A DNA stretch of 64,000 nucleotides from a virus (Duplodnaviria > Caudoviricetes), in IMG/VR virus record IMGVR_UViG_3300023172_000022, positions 1 through 64,000 of that record. One strand, written 5' to 3'. The position numbers and the translations under genes were made by a program. The notes beneath the pieces were generated by a model that saw only the letters and a program-made list of their open reading frames with translations, was not told where the DNA came from and did no database searches. Shown in pieces: positions 16,510 through 26,266 of this stretch; position 1 is the stretch's first letter, and each line of letters starts with the position of its first letter.

Positions 16510-19482
16510 TTAAATATTTGTCATAGACATAACTGAAACTCTGATATGTCTAGATTCTGTAAGATATATTGTCAATGTGTTTGCATTTGTTTCTTCGACA
16601 GGAACAACATCATTTGCATAAACACCTTGATCGTCTAAAACCATCACTTGGAAAAGTAAATGGTTTGAATTCAAATTGTGATTAATGGTATGTGTTGTTG
16701 CAGTTGCAGTTGATTGATATGTAAATCTTAAATTATTTACAGATGTTCTAATAGAACTATCTCCAGAAGTTCTTTGTGCAATTTCTGTTGATAGGTCTGA
16801 TTCAACATCAAGTACCAGAGATTCTAAACTATCAAAGTTATCTTTAATTGCAGTGTCTAACAAAATATCCGCATTGGCCAGACTTGTTGCAGTATCAATA
16901 TAATTACTACCAGATGGTTGATTGTATGCGCCAGTGGATAATAATCCAGCCCCCGCTTGTGTGTTGTCCAACTCACCTTGAATACCGCCCGCACCTACGC
17001 TATTGTTTAGTGTTGCAATGTCATCTGCATTTTGTTTTATTTGAATGTCGAGTAAATTATCAGCGTCTTTTAGTGATGTCGCATTACTAATATAATTTGC
17101 TGTTGGAATTGCACTGTACGATCCGGCTGGTGAAAGTCCGGCCCCAACTTCTATTGCATCAACTTCAGTTTGAAGATTAGTAATATCAGTAGTATTTGTT
17201 GAAATATCTGATATAACTGATGCATCAACACGCAAACCAGATGAAGATTTACTGAGTGTGTTTCCATCAATTTTAACAGAAAGTTGTGCAGCTGTATCTG
17301 TAGAATCTGCTGCGCCGTCTAATGTAAGGAACAAACCACTGTCTGATCTTAAATCCAGTCCAACTTCGTCACTTGGTAATTCAACAACACCAGCACCAAA
17401 ATTTAAGAATATCTCATTACCATTTTTCTGAATACCTGCACCAGCAATAATTTGCCCTGCACCTGAGAATTGTTCCCAAACCATTGCTGATGAACCAACG
17501 GTAATACTACCATCTGTTACAAGCACATATCCATTGTCTGCGTTTGCTGTACCTTCTTCAACAAATACAAACACACCAGATGTCATCTCTGCGTTATCGT
17601 CTGCATCACTTGCGCGACTCAGAGAACCATTTCCGGCAGCAGAATATTCATAAATACCATTTTGTGACGCAGTAGTTTGATCTTTCAGAAGTACTCTGTC
17701 ACCATCTGCAAGTGCAATTCCATCAATTGTTGTTACACTAGTCAGGTTTGCAACATTTGCGGTTGATGCAACTCTGACTGATGCCTTAACATCCAAACCA
17801 GTTGCAACGGAATCAACATATTCTTTGTTAGCTGCATCTGTAGGATCAACTGGCGTAGCAACACTAATAATTCTATTTGTGCCCATATCCAGATTGCCAG
17901 ACATGGTGTCGCCAGTTTTAGAAACTTTTCCAGTAATGGCAGTTTCATTTGCATATATTGCAACCGATAATTTATTATCTGCATCTTTCAATGATGTTGC
18001 AGTATTAATATACTGCGCTGTGTTATTTGCACTATAACTGCCGTTCGCGTTTAGGCCAGCCCCAGTCTGTGACGCATCCAATTCACTCTGTACATTACCA
18101 ACTGCTGTATCTAGATCACCTATAGAATCTGCGATTGATGTTGATAAATTTATATAATTCGTGCCATTAAAGGCAACAAATCCACCAGAAGCAGTCAATC
18201 CAACAGAATTTTCAATAACATCAACTTCAAATTGTAAATTAGGAATGGTTGTTCCTGTGATTGTTACAATATCATCAGCATTTGTTTTTACTTGTGTGTC
18301 TAAAAGATCATCTGCATTTTGCAAATCTGTTGCTGAGGAAATATAATTAGCACTACCATTCGCAGTGTAACTACCATCGGCGTTAAGACCAGCCCCAGTT
18401 TGAGTTGTATTAACTTCTGTTTGCAGTGTTGCAATTGTTGTATTAATAGTTGTATCAGCAGAAATTCTATCCGTAATTTCTTGAGCAATATCATCGGCGT
18501 TTGTTTTTGCCTGCGTATCTAACTTATCGTCTGCATCCTTCAGAGATGTAGCGGTGTTGATATAGTTAGCACTACCATTTGCAGTATAAACACCTGTAGA
18601 ACCAAGTCCAGCGCCGTTTTGAGTTGCGTCTAGTTCGCCTTGAACACCATCAATAGCTGCGTCTAAAAGTTCGTCTGCATTTTTGAGAGATGTTGCCCCA
18701 GTAAGATAAGTTGTCGTGCCATTTGCAAGATAACTTCCATCCGACTGCAATCCGGCGCCGGTTTCGATTGCGTCCAACTCCGCCTGTGCTTCAGCTGGGA
18801 AGTCGGATGTGCTCAGAACACCTTTCATCGTTGATGGATGATTTTCACATACATAATATAGTGTGTCTGGTGCATCATGTGGGACTTTAAATATTAATGT
18901 GCCACTTGTTTGTCCTTGTGCATTTGCACCTGTAACTACATTTCCAGCGCCATCGTCGTGACTCAATCCTTCATTATAATAGTTTGCACTAAAATTACTT
19001 GTTACTGCCGCATCTAACAATAAGAAAGGATGTGTAGAAACATTCAATTCAAACTTATATGTAATGCCAGGATGAATATCTATAGATTGATTTGCACTAC
19101 CATCTAAAAGATACGAATTAGAAGCGTCATTAGTTACTGTGATAGTAATTTGTGCATCGTGTGCATCAAGATTGCCAGTTACTGTATCTATTTGATTTTG
19201 TAAATTTGTGTCGGCGGCTTGTCTTGCAGTAGACTCTGCCGTGATAGAAGCGTTTAGTGTGGCTACTTCTGCTTGTAATTCTGCAAGTGAAACAGCTTGT
19301 TGAATCTGGACTGCGCCTTGAGCGTCAAGGGAGGAAAATTTAAATACTTTGTCAGTAGTATTATACCATAATCTGCCAGGTTCTGTGGGTGTTGGATCGG
19401 CTGACAATTGCTCGATACGCATATTTTCAATGTACGAATTATCAGCAAGTTTTAACCCATGAAACTTTACATAGTTCGGCAT
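16510..19482 (-). CDS. Coiled-coil fibre protein (990 aa) with a cupredoxin-like domain and seven ~40-aa repeats
   Basis: Seven EL/VD...GAGL...G.Y....YI..ATSL..AD..LD units, THPFLL...APDTLYYVCENHPSTM, the fibre domain VKASVRVA..TIDG...GDRVLLKDQT...NGIY and a C-terminal HTINHNL domain. Confidence 0.8.
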   Translation of the reverse strand: MPNYVKFHGLKLADNSYIENMRIEQLSADPTPTEPGRLWYNTTDKVFKFSSLDAQGAVQIQQAVSLAELQAEVATLNASITAESTARQAADTNLQNQIDTVTGNLDAHDAQITITVTNDASNSYLLDGSANQSIDIHPGITYKFELNVSTHPFLLLDAAVTSNFSANYYNEGLSHDDGAGNVVTGANAQGQTSGTLIFKVPHDAPDTLYYVCENHPSTMKGVLSTSDFPAEAQAELDAIETGAGLQSDGSYLANGTTTYLTGATSLKNADELLDAAIDGVQGELDATQNGAGLGSTGVYTANGSANYINTATSLKDADDKLDTQAKTNADDIAQEITDRISADTTINTTIATLQTEVNTTQTGAGLNADGSYTANGSANYISSATDLQNADDLLDTQVKTNADDIVTITGTTIPNLQFEVDVIENSVGLTASGGFVAFNGTNYINLSTSIADSIGDLDTAVGNVQSELDASQTGAGLNANGSYSANNTAQYINTATSLKDADNKLSVAIYANETAITGKVSKTGDTMSGNLDMGTNRIISVATPVDPTDAANKEYVDSVATGLDVKASVRVASTANVANLTSVTTIDGIALADGDRVLLKDQTTASQNGIYEYSAAGNGSLSRASDADDNAEMTSGVFVFVEEGTANADNGYVLVTDGSITVGSSAMVWEQFSGAGQIIAGAGIQKNGNEIFLNFGAGVVELPSDEVGLDLRSDSGLFLTLDGAADSTDTAAQLSVKIDGNTLSKSSSGLRVDASVISDISTNTTDITNLQTEVDAIEVGAGLSPAGSYSAIPTANYISNATSLKDADNLLDIQIKQNADDIATLNNSVGAGGIQGELDNTQAGAGLLSTGAYNQPSGSNYIDTATSLANADILLDTAIKDNFDSLESLVLDVESDLSTEIAQRTSGDSSIRTSVNNLRFTYQSTATATTHTINHNLNSNHLLFQVMVLDDQGVYANDVVPVEETNANTLTIYLTESRHIRVSVMSMTNI

Positions 19483-19507
19483 TTGTTTACTCCAAATCTT
19501 TTAGTTC

Positions 19508-19515
19508 TATTTATA
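19508..19515 (-). promoter_or_regulatory. T4-type late promoter TATAAATA
   Basis: Exact consensus, intergenic, 26 nt upstream of the 19482 start. Confidence 0.8.
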
Positions 19516-19526
19516 TTTATCTTCAT

Positions 19527-19946
19527 CTACGCTGATAATAGCACATCATTATTAAAGAAAACTTCTACATGACCAGTGATACTTTCTGATAAATGCACTC
19601 TAAAAGAATCTGCATCAATTGTTTCGACAAACGCATAAAATCTGTCTCCATTTGCATCATACAATTTTTCTGAGTATGATGTTGTGTTTTTATCGTGTTG
19701 TATAATCCATGTTGTGGCTGCTGTATTTATTTCATATCTATATATTCTAACAATAGGCTTGTCAGTCAAATCTGTAAAACTACCAGAGGCGGCAACCGTA
19801 GAAAGTCCTAAATTATTTCTAGCATCATTCGCATTTGTCGCACCAGTTCCACCGTGAACCAAATCAATGGACTCTCCAGTTTGAAACTCTGAAAGTCCAG
19901 TTGTATTATCGTTTTCATCCTTTAATACTCTAATAGGTATAGTCAT
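19527..19946 (-). CDS. Short fibre protein
   Basis: GGTGATNANDARNNLGL fibre motif, N-terminus like 24569-26236, and a C-terminal WIIQH domain. Confidence 0.7.
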   Translation of the reverse strand: MTIPIRVLKDENDNTTGLSEFQTGESIDLVHGGTGATNANDARNNLGLSTVAASGSFTDLTDKPIVRIYRYEINTAATTWIIQHDKNTTSYSEKLYDANGDRFYAFVETIDADSFRVHLSESITGHVEVFFNNDVLLSA

Positions 19947-19962
19947 TTTATATCACCAAAAA

Positions 19963-22900
19963 TTAACTATTAAGTAGTGCAGTAGAAATAAATGTGGTAT
20001 TAACACCAAAACCACCTTGCAAAAATAAAATTCTCATTCCATTTCCGTAAGCATTTGTACTACCCAATCCTCTATAAAGTCTTCTTCTATCATTAGTTCC
20101 TGTTGTAGAAAATCTGTCACTAGAAAGAATAGTATCTTCACCAACTGCTCCAGCATCTACAAATCCAATAAGATCTATTTCCTTACCAGTATAAAGGTAT
20201 CTGTATGAACCTATTCTGGTTGGGAATTGAATTACAAGTTGTCCATCGTCATTTAATGATAATTGCTCCAATGGATTAATAACCGCATGGGAGTCTCTTT
20301 CATTAATACCGGCAAACACATGTCTACCCCAAGGTTTCAATATGTCTTTTTCTCTGACGACAAATCTTCTAAATCGTCCTTGTTCATTTAAATCGAAGGC
20401 CTTAATATCTTCTTCAACAACTTCATCTACAACAAATTCCGAAACATAATTTCCGTCAATATCATAAATTCCATCATATGCAAGAGAATTTGATCTACCA
20501 GTAGTTTCAGTTTTAAAGAACGGTGTCAAATCAGAGTATAATACTGGTGGTTCGCTGGATGCATATATACAATGAACAGGTTGTGTTGGTGATGTAAAAT
20601 CAGGTTCACCAGTGGTTGAATCTACATGCCTTTGAATGCAGAAAAATGCATTTCTACCTTCTTGTGTGTGCGATTCGTGGTCCTTGATATGGAATACCAT
20701 TCCATGATTTGCAATCGTTAATGTATATGTCATTGGATATGAAGCTGCCAGATTTCCAGTTCTACCAGTTCTTCTATAAAATCCTTTTTGTACTCTAACA
20801 TTTGATGTATTATATGGCGTATCATTCAAAAGTTCTGTTGAACTACCCAGTAGATATGAATCTTCATACCTGTATTCACCATCATCTAAAATGCCATTGG
20901 TTACAGTTCCAGTACCAACTGTATAAGTTACACTATATGAATTGCTACTAGTCCAAACGTCTGGGACGCTATTGAAACCATCAACCGTCGAATGATAAAG
21001 TCCAACTCGTCCAGCGTCTGTGTTCATTTTATTTGCCAAGACACCTTTTAACAAATCTCTTTGTGAATATGGATTATTTTTATGAACAGTTGCGCCAAGA
21101 TATCCTTGATACTGCGGTCTCATACCACCCATGAATCCAGGCTCTCTTTTTGTAATTTTTTGAGTTATATCACTATTGGCTGCAACTTCAGTAACATCAC
21201 CATTTGATAATAATTGATATTCTGTTGCGGCATGAACTGTTAAATACTCAAACTGAGAGCCTTTACCAGTCTGCCCCGAACCAACCTGCAAAAAGCCTTC
21301 ATTAATATATGGAGATGTTTCTGTAAGTTCTTCTCCTCTACTAACATCAAGTCTAAGTCGCCAAGGTTGCGAATTATCAACTCCACCCAAGTTGGTTCTT
21401 TCGTCTGTTTCAAATACAAGTGGGCCCATACTTCTATCGGTAATATATTCAAAAGTATCTATTTCTAAATCCGAAGTATGTGTTTCAAATTGTTTATATG
21501 ATGTATTTCCTAGATTGATTCCGTTATGAGTAGAATTTGGATGTAATTGTCTAAGATTAAAATCAAAAGAAACTTCTGGACCAACAGGTCGTGTTAATCT
21601 AGTACTACTATTGTCATCATCCAATACCAAACTATGATAACTCACTGGATAATTACATGAAGTTGCCCTATCCGCACCAACAGATACGCCCATAGATCCC
21701 TTGCGAACTGGATTGGCCAATGTTCCAAGATCTCTTGCAAGTGGGAAAGACATTCTAATTCTTCCAACATTAGAAAGAGCTGCGGCCCGTGTCTCGGTTA
21801 AAGTAAAATTTATAGGTCCATTATTGCCTGTGTCATCAAAGTCTGTTTCTTCTTCAACTTCTAAAGTTACAGAAAATCTAGCTGCGTCTGGAATGTCCCA
21901 AGTATACATTGAATTCATCCATTCGTCGTCGCGGTTTTTACTTTGAGTATACCAAGCAAGAGGACTTACCATTTTTATTGGTGGCGGCGAATTAGGATCT
22001 TGAGAATATTCAAAAGTAGGATCAAATTTAAGTCTTAAAACATTTGCCATTGCCAAAGCGTCCTTTTGATAACTGAGGCGAATTTCCCCGTCCACCCTAT
22101 TTGAGATTGCATCAATTTCCGTATCCGCGCTGGCTGCCCCATTGTATGCAATTTTTGGAGTATTTGCCAAATTAACATAGTTAGGGTCTGTTGTTCCATC
22201 AAGGAACGTTGTTGCTGTATGATTTGTAATTGGCGTGATTGTGTTCAAGGAACCGTTTGCCGCCATAAGATCTTGATTACCATTATAATAATCTATAAGT
22301 TTATTACCAAAAATTGTTCCATCATTGTAAATCCAATAATTTTCTCCGTCTTGATCAGCAGTTCTTGTAGTAATATTTGACGGAGCATTAAACAATCCCC
22401 ATGCTCTGTCATCTCCGTTTGATGATAGATACTTCTGATATTTTGTGTTCCTGATCATATATGCCGATGAATCTTCATTATATTCTATTCTCAATTCAGT
22501 ACCAACAATATCTATATTCATGTATTTTTGAGTATAAGGACAGTCAGATGATTCTAAAAACGCTTCTAGATCTACCAAAAGAGTACTCGCAGTGCTATAT
22601 GGTTTTTTCGCTTCAAAAGAATAAGAAATGTCAATTGTATTTTCCCAAGGAGTGTCAGAATCTTCATCAACAAGCCCTGTTAAATTTATAGTAAATATGT
22701 CACCTTTATTTGCTCCAGTGAATCCACTAACATTGACACTATGAACATAGCCAGGGATAGAATCTGTATAGTGATAATTGTAGAAGTTTAAGTCAGCATT
22801 CGTTACTTGCCAATTATAATAGCCATAGTAATAGCTATAACTTTGTATTGCTCCAATCTGATAATGACAATTTCTTACTGAAACGTCCCTGTTCAGAAAG

Positions 22901-24504
22901 AACATATCAGCGGCTTTATCTTTTGTTATATCATTATCCAAGTTTGGCCATCCATTTCCAGATGGGAATTTATCCCAAGGGCCAAAAGTAACCGAGTACC
23001 CATGAGTTCTGAAGGGATCATAGTGGAACGTTGTGTTACTCGCCCCCATCGTCTGTGTGACAAATCCTGTCGGGTGATTAGTTGCTATCGCATTGGTTGT
23101 TCCATCTTCTGGACTTTCTTTGTACCCCCTTGATGAGTTTTGGACGGCTTCCCTGCGCGAGGCGTGATATTTTAAAGATATTGCAGTATCCAAAGCAGCT
23201 GCAGTCGCTGCCGCTAAATCAGTATAAGTATACGCTCGATTCAAAGAGGGACTGCTGCCGCCGAATAAACTTCCCCTTCTTGCCGTTGATGAAGATTGTC
23301 CCCTACCGTGTTCTATAATAGTATTTACAAAGGAATATGTTAGTCCAGATAAAAGAGTTCTTGCGGTTCTTGTGAAAGTCAGCCCCCAATCAATAGATTG
23401 CGTTGAAGCTTCAAAATTTGTTACTGTTCCTTCTGGTATCCCACCATCTGGACTGAGAGATCTGAAAACACCACTAACTTTACTCAAAACATTACTTTTA
23501 AGTAGATGATTGTGAACCTCTTGAGCAAAATCTTCTATATCTTCAGCGACAGCTATAAAAGAAACACTTTCGCTTAATGTAGTGTTATCTGACAATTTTG
23601 TTCCAGTAAATGTTAGAGTATATTGATCGTCAGGCTGTACTCTGTCTGCCCCAGCTGCAAATTCAATATTGAAAACGCCTTGAAATGTTTCATTCTCTGT
23701 TACATCAGCAGGGAAAAACTGTTCACCTTTATATGTCGTTATCCAAAAATGATGAATAATCGCCCCAGAAGGTTTTCTTTCTTCTTTGTAGTGCCTTAAA
23801 TTACCTTCTGTATCAATACCAGAAGCTCGATCTGGAAATGCAACTACATTTCTTGCTGGGTTTGTTAGTAATCTTTTAATTTTATTAAATTCATTTTCAT
23901 AAACAAGTTGTGACAGTCTAGGCAACCCAATATAACCTTGTTGACTAGTCGCTGTTGTTTGGATTGCAACATTTGGAGGAATTCTCTTTAACCAATTTCC
24001 ATCTGCATCTCTATTATCGGGATGTGGATTCAAATATGAAAATAATTCGGCGTTTGGACCAAGAAATTTTGTCTTTTCCATCGGTGACGCCCATGCGGTG
24101 GAGTTCGACGATTGAGGTAACTGCATAGCTATAAAATCATTCCAAGTAGGACTTGCATAGGTATTGTCTTCTATAACTTTTGGTTTTAACTGGTTTCCGT
24201 CATAGAAATAGTCTGTAATATATGTAACAGGATCACCGGAAGTCCAATCTCCGACGCCAAATGCGCCCTCGTTTGGAGCCGTCGTCGTTGAATCGTAGTA
24301 ATATACAATGAAACTGTCAATATATCTGGTAAGAGCATCATCTGATATAGTAATTTTGACCATATCTGGGCCAACATCTTTAAATCCATTAGAAAGTAAA
24401 TCTGTCGCCAACCTAGATAATAGGGGGGTTTCTTCCTGTCTTTCGGGATCCCAATCATATGCATCTAAATGTAGAATATCTTGTTGTTCTATTGCAACGC
24501 TCAT
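19963..24504 (-). CDS. Large virion protein, four-paralogue family member D (1513 aa)
   Basis: Core motifs WRLRL, ATEYQL, REPG, YPMTY.LT..HG, QRHVD, PVHCIY, RFVVREKDILKPW, DSHAVINP.EQL and GNGMR. Confidence 0.75.
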   Translation of the reverse strand: MSVAIEQQDILHLDAYDWDPERQEETPLLSRLATDLLSNGFKDVGPDMVKITISDDALTRYIDSFIVYYYDSTTTAPNEGAFGVGDWTSGDPVTYITDYFYDGNQLKPKVIEDNTYASPTWNDFIAMQLPQSSNSTAWASPMEKTKFLGPNAELFSYLNPHPDNRDADGNWLKRIPPNVAIQTTATSQQGYIGLPRLSQLVYENEFNKIKRLLTNPARNVVAFPDRASGIDTEGNLRHYKEERKPSGAIIHHFWITTYKGEQFFPADVTENETFQGVFNIEFAAGADRVQPDDQYTLTFTGTKLSDNTTLSESVSFIAVAEDIEDFAQEVHNHLLKSNVLSKVSGVFRSLSPDGGIPEGTVTNFEASTQSIDWGLTFTRTARTLLSGLTYSFVNTIIEHGRGQSSSTARRGSLFGGSSPSLNRAYTYTDLAAATAAALDTAISLKYHASRREAVQNSSRGYKESPEDGTTNAIATNHPTGFVTQTMGASNTTFHYDPFRTHGYSVTFGPWDKFPSGNGWPNLDNDITKDKAADMFFLNRDVSVRNCHYQIGAIQSYSYYYGYYNWQVTNADLNFYNYHYTDSIPGYVHSVNVSGFTGANKGDIFTINLTGLVDEDSDTPWENTIDISYSFEAKKPYSTASTLLVDLEAFLESSDCPYTQKYMNIDIVGTELRIEYNEDSSAYMIRNTKYQKYLSSNGDDRAWGLFNAPSNITTRTADQDGENYWIYNDGTIFGNKLIDYYNGNQDLMAANGSLNTITPITNHTATTFLDGTTDPNYVNLANTPKIAYNGAASADTEIDAISNRVDGEIRLSYQKDALAMANVLRLKFDPTFEYSQDPNSPPPIKMVSPLAWYTQSKNRDDEWMNSMYTWDIPDAARFSVTLEVEEETDFDDTGNNGPINFTLTETRAAALSNVGRIRMSFPLARDLGTLANPVRKGSMGVSVGADRATSCNYPVSYHSLVLDDDNSSTRLTRPVGPEVSFDFNLRQLHPNSTHNGINLGNTSYKQFETHTSDLEIDTFEYITDRSMGPLVFETDERTNLGGVDNSQPWRLRLDVSRGEELTETSPYINEGFLQVGSGQTGKGSQFEYLTVHAATEYQLLSNGDVTEVAANSDITQKITKREPGFMGGMRPQYQGYLGATVHKNNPYSQRDLLKGVLANKMNTDAGRVGLYHSTVDGFNSVPDVWTSSNSYSVTYTVGTGTVTNGILDDGEYRYEDSYLLGSSTELLNDTPYNTSNVRVQKGFYRRTGRTGNLAASYPMTYTLTIANHGMVFHIKDHESHTQEGRNAFFCIQRHVDSTTGEPDFTSPTQPVHCIYASSEPPVLYSDLTPFFKTETTGRSNSLAYDGIYDIDGNYVSEFVVDEVVEEDIKAFDLNEQGRFRRFVVREKDILKPWGRHVFAGINERDSHAVINPLEQLSLNDDGQLVIQFPTRIGSYRYLYTGKEIDLIGFVDAGAVGEDTILSSDRFSTTGTNDRRRLYRGLGSTNAYGNGMRILFLQGGFGVNTTFISTALLNS

Positions 24505-24538
24505 GGCGCAAACTCCTATTTGTTCTATAGTTTCTTAC

Positions 24539-24546
24539 TATTTATA
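24539..24546 (-). promoter_or_regulatory. T4-type late promoter TATAAATA
   Basis: Exact consensus, intergenic, upstream of the 24504 start. Confidence 0.8.
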
Positions 24547-24568
24547 AAAAACAAAAATGTAAAATTAT

Positions 24569-26236
24569 TTAATTTATTTCTAAATTGATATTATCTATTG
24601 TTCCATCTGACATTGTAAAATTTAAATAAGATTCTTGTAAGGTATTTCCTAAAAACAGAGAAACTAATGGTATGTCATCACGTACTCCAGTGTGATTAAC
24701 AAATGGAATAAAATTGTTAAAATCGTCTGCTCCACCAACCGACTGAACAGTTGAAAATGTATATTTATTTGTATTGGTGTCATATACCAAAAATGTTGTA
24801 CCCGAAGTAGGAATATCTGATATATTATGCCCAGTGTAACTAAAATTCTGAAGATTGGTATTTATAGTATTAATTGCTGATTGGTTTGTTAGAATTGTAT
24901 TTCTATTTTCGAGAAGGGTAATGTCTAAATCATATTGTGCAACTTCCAAATCATTTAATATTTCAAAGACATCAGCCAATTGAGAACCAATATTTGTATT
25001 TCCAGCAAGAGCATCTTGTATTTCTTTTAGCGTATCAAAATCTAGACTTACATTATCTAAAAGTATATCGAACCTGTCTTTAATTGCCTTTCTAAAACTT
25101 CCTGTAGTTTGATCATCACCATCTACAATTGCCATCTGAGATTGTAATGTATTAATATCAGATTCCATTGTAGTTATATTGGTATTCAATCCAGACAGAG
25201 CTCCACCAACCAAAGCGTCAAATTCACTTTCTAGAGCATTAAAATCTGCAACATGTGAATTAAAATCATTTACATGATTTGTAAAATCTGTAGATACAAA
25301 GTCACCAAGGGCATCCGCAATTTCTTTAAGGGTATCTCTGTCAGAACTGACACCATCTAATAGAATATCAAATCTGTCTTTTATCGCCTTTCTAAAACTT
25401 CCTGTAGTTTGATCATCACCATCTATAGTATCAATGCGACTAGTTTGTGTGGTTAAATCAGTTTCAACTCTTGCAATTTCAGAGGTTAAATCGGTTTCAA
25501 CTCTTGTAATTTCGGTGTCTAAAATAATATCTGCGTCAAATAAAGAAGTTGCAGAACCAATATAATTAGAGTTGGTATCTGGAGAATAATTTCCATTGAT
25601 TGGTTGAAGTCCAGAACCTAAAACTATAGTATTTCGAAAAGTTTCAAAATCTGTTCTAAAATTTAAGGTGTCTCCTAAAGAATCTGCGATTTCTTTTAAA
25701 GTATCTAACTCTGGTATAACACCATCCAATAATTCATCAAATCTTTGTTTTATTAAATATCTTATCGAATCTGGAGTATTTTCGTCTGCCTCTATTATAT
25801 CTAATCTTGCTTCAATATCTGCTACATCAATAGTAATTGTACCAGCTTTTGTGGAAGGATCATAAGAAAAGTTGACTCTACCTTCAAATATAAATTTTTC
25901 CACACCAACTTCGTTTACTATAACACCGTCTACTGAAGTGCCAGTAGTGATCGAAGAACCAATTTGTTGCCACACATTATTGTGAGAATAGTATAAAAGT
26001 CCCGTCTGAGAATCTTTTGCCAATCTTTTGTCTAAAGGACTAGTATCAAAATCAGAAAGAGTGTCAAACTCAGTATACCTGATTAATTGTAAACTATCTC
26101 TGGCTCCTTGTGCGGTAGAGGCCCCAGTGCCACCTTGTGCAATAGCTACAAAATCTCCGTCAGTAAATTCTGCCAGAATTACTTCGCCGTCACCTTGTAA
26201 TATCGCCTTGATAGGTCTTACTGTATCAAATGCCAC
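24569..26236 (-). CDS. Coiled-coil fibre protein (555 aa, GTG start)
   Basis: GAGGA-6nt-GTG start, GGTGASTAQGAR motif, three RFD.LLD....DTLKEI.D.L repeats, and one ATSL.DAD..LD unit as in 16510-19482. Confidence 0.75.
   Translation of the reverse strand: MAFDTVRPIKAILQGDGEVILAEFTDGDFVAIAQGGTGASTAQGARDSLQLIRYTEFDTLSDFDTSPLDKRLAKDSQTGLLYYSHNNVWQQIGSSITTGTSVDGVIVNEVGVEKFIFEGRVNFSYDPSTKAGTITIDVADIEARLDIIEADENTPDSIRYLIKQRFDELLDGVIPELDTLKEIADSLGDTLNFRTDFETFRNTIVLGSGLQPINGNYSPDTNSNYIGSATSLFDADIILDTEITRVETDLTSEIARVETDLTTQTSRIDTIDGDDQTTGSFRKAIKDRFDILLDGVSSDRDTLKEIADALGDFVSTDFTNHVNDFNSHVADFNALESEFDALVGGALSGLNTNITTMESDINTLQSQMAIVDGDDQTTGSFRKAIKDRFDILLDNVSLDFDTLKEIQDALAGNTNIGSQLADVFEILNDLEVAQYDLDITLLENRNTILTNQSAINTINTNLQNFSYTGHNISDIPTSGTTFLVYDTNTNKYTFSTVQSVGGADDFNNFIPFVNHTGVRDDIPLVSLFLGNTLQESYLNFTMSDGTIDNINLEIN
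25074..25425. repeat. Intragenic direct repeat (about 52 bp, two copies 300 bp apart)
   Basis: gcctttctaaaacttcctgtagtttgatcatcaccatcta at about 25086 and 25386, encoding DGDDQTTGSFRKA. Confidence 0.85.
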
Positions 26237-26258
26237 CGATTATCCTCTCTTTTATTTG

Positions 26259-26266
26259 TATTTATG
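26259..26266 (-). promoter_or_regulatory. Late promoter variant CATAAATA
   Basis: Overlaps the PAAR-gene stop, 23 nt upstream of the 26236 start. Confidence 0.45.

Noticed and set aside
1-26236. Invertible tail-fibre shufflon
   Set aside because: All fibre genes are co-oriented, and I saw no inverted crossover sites or recombinase gene.
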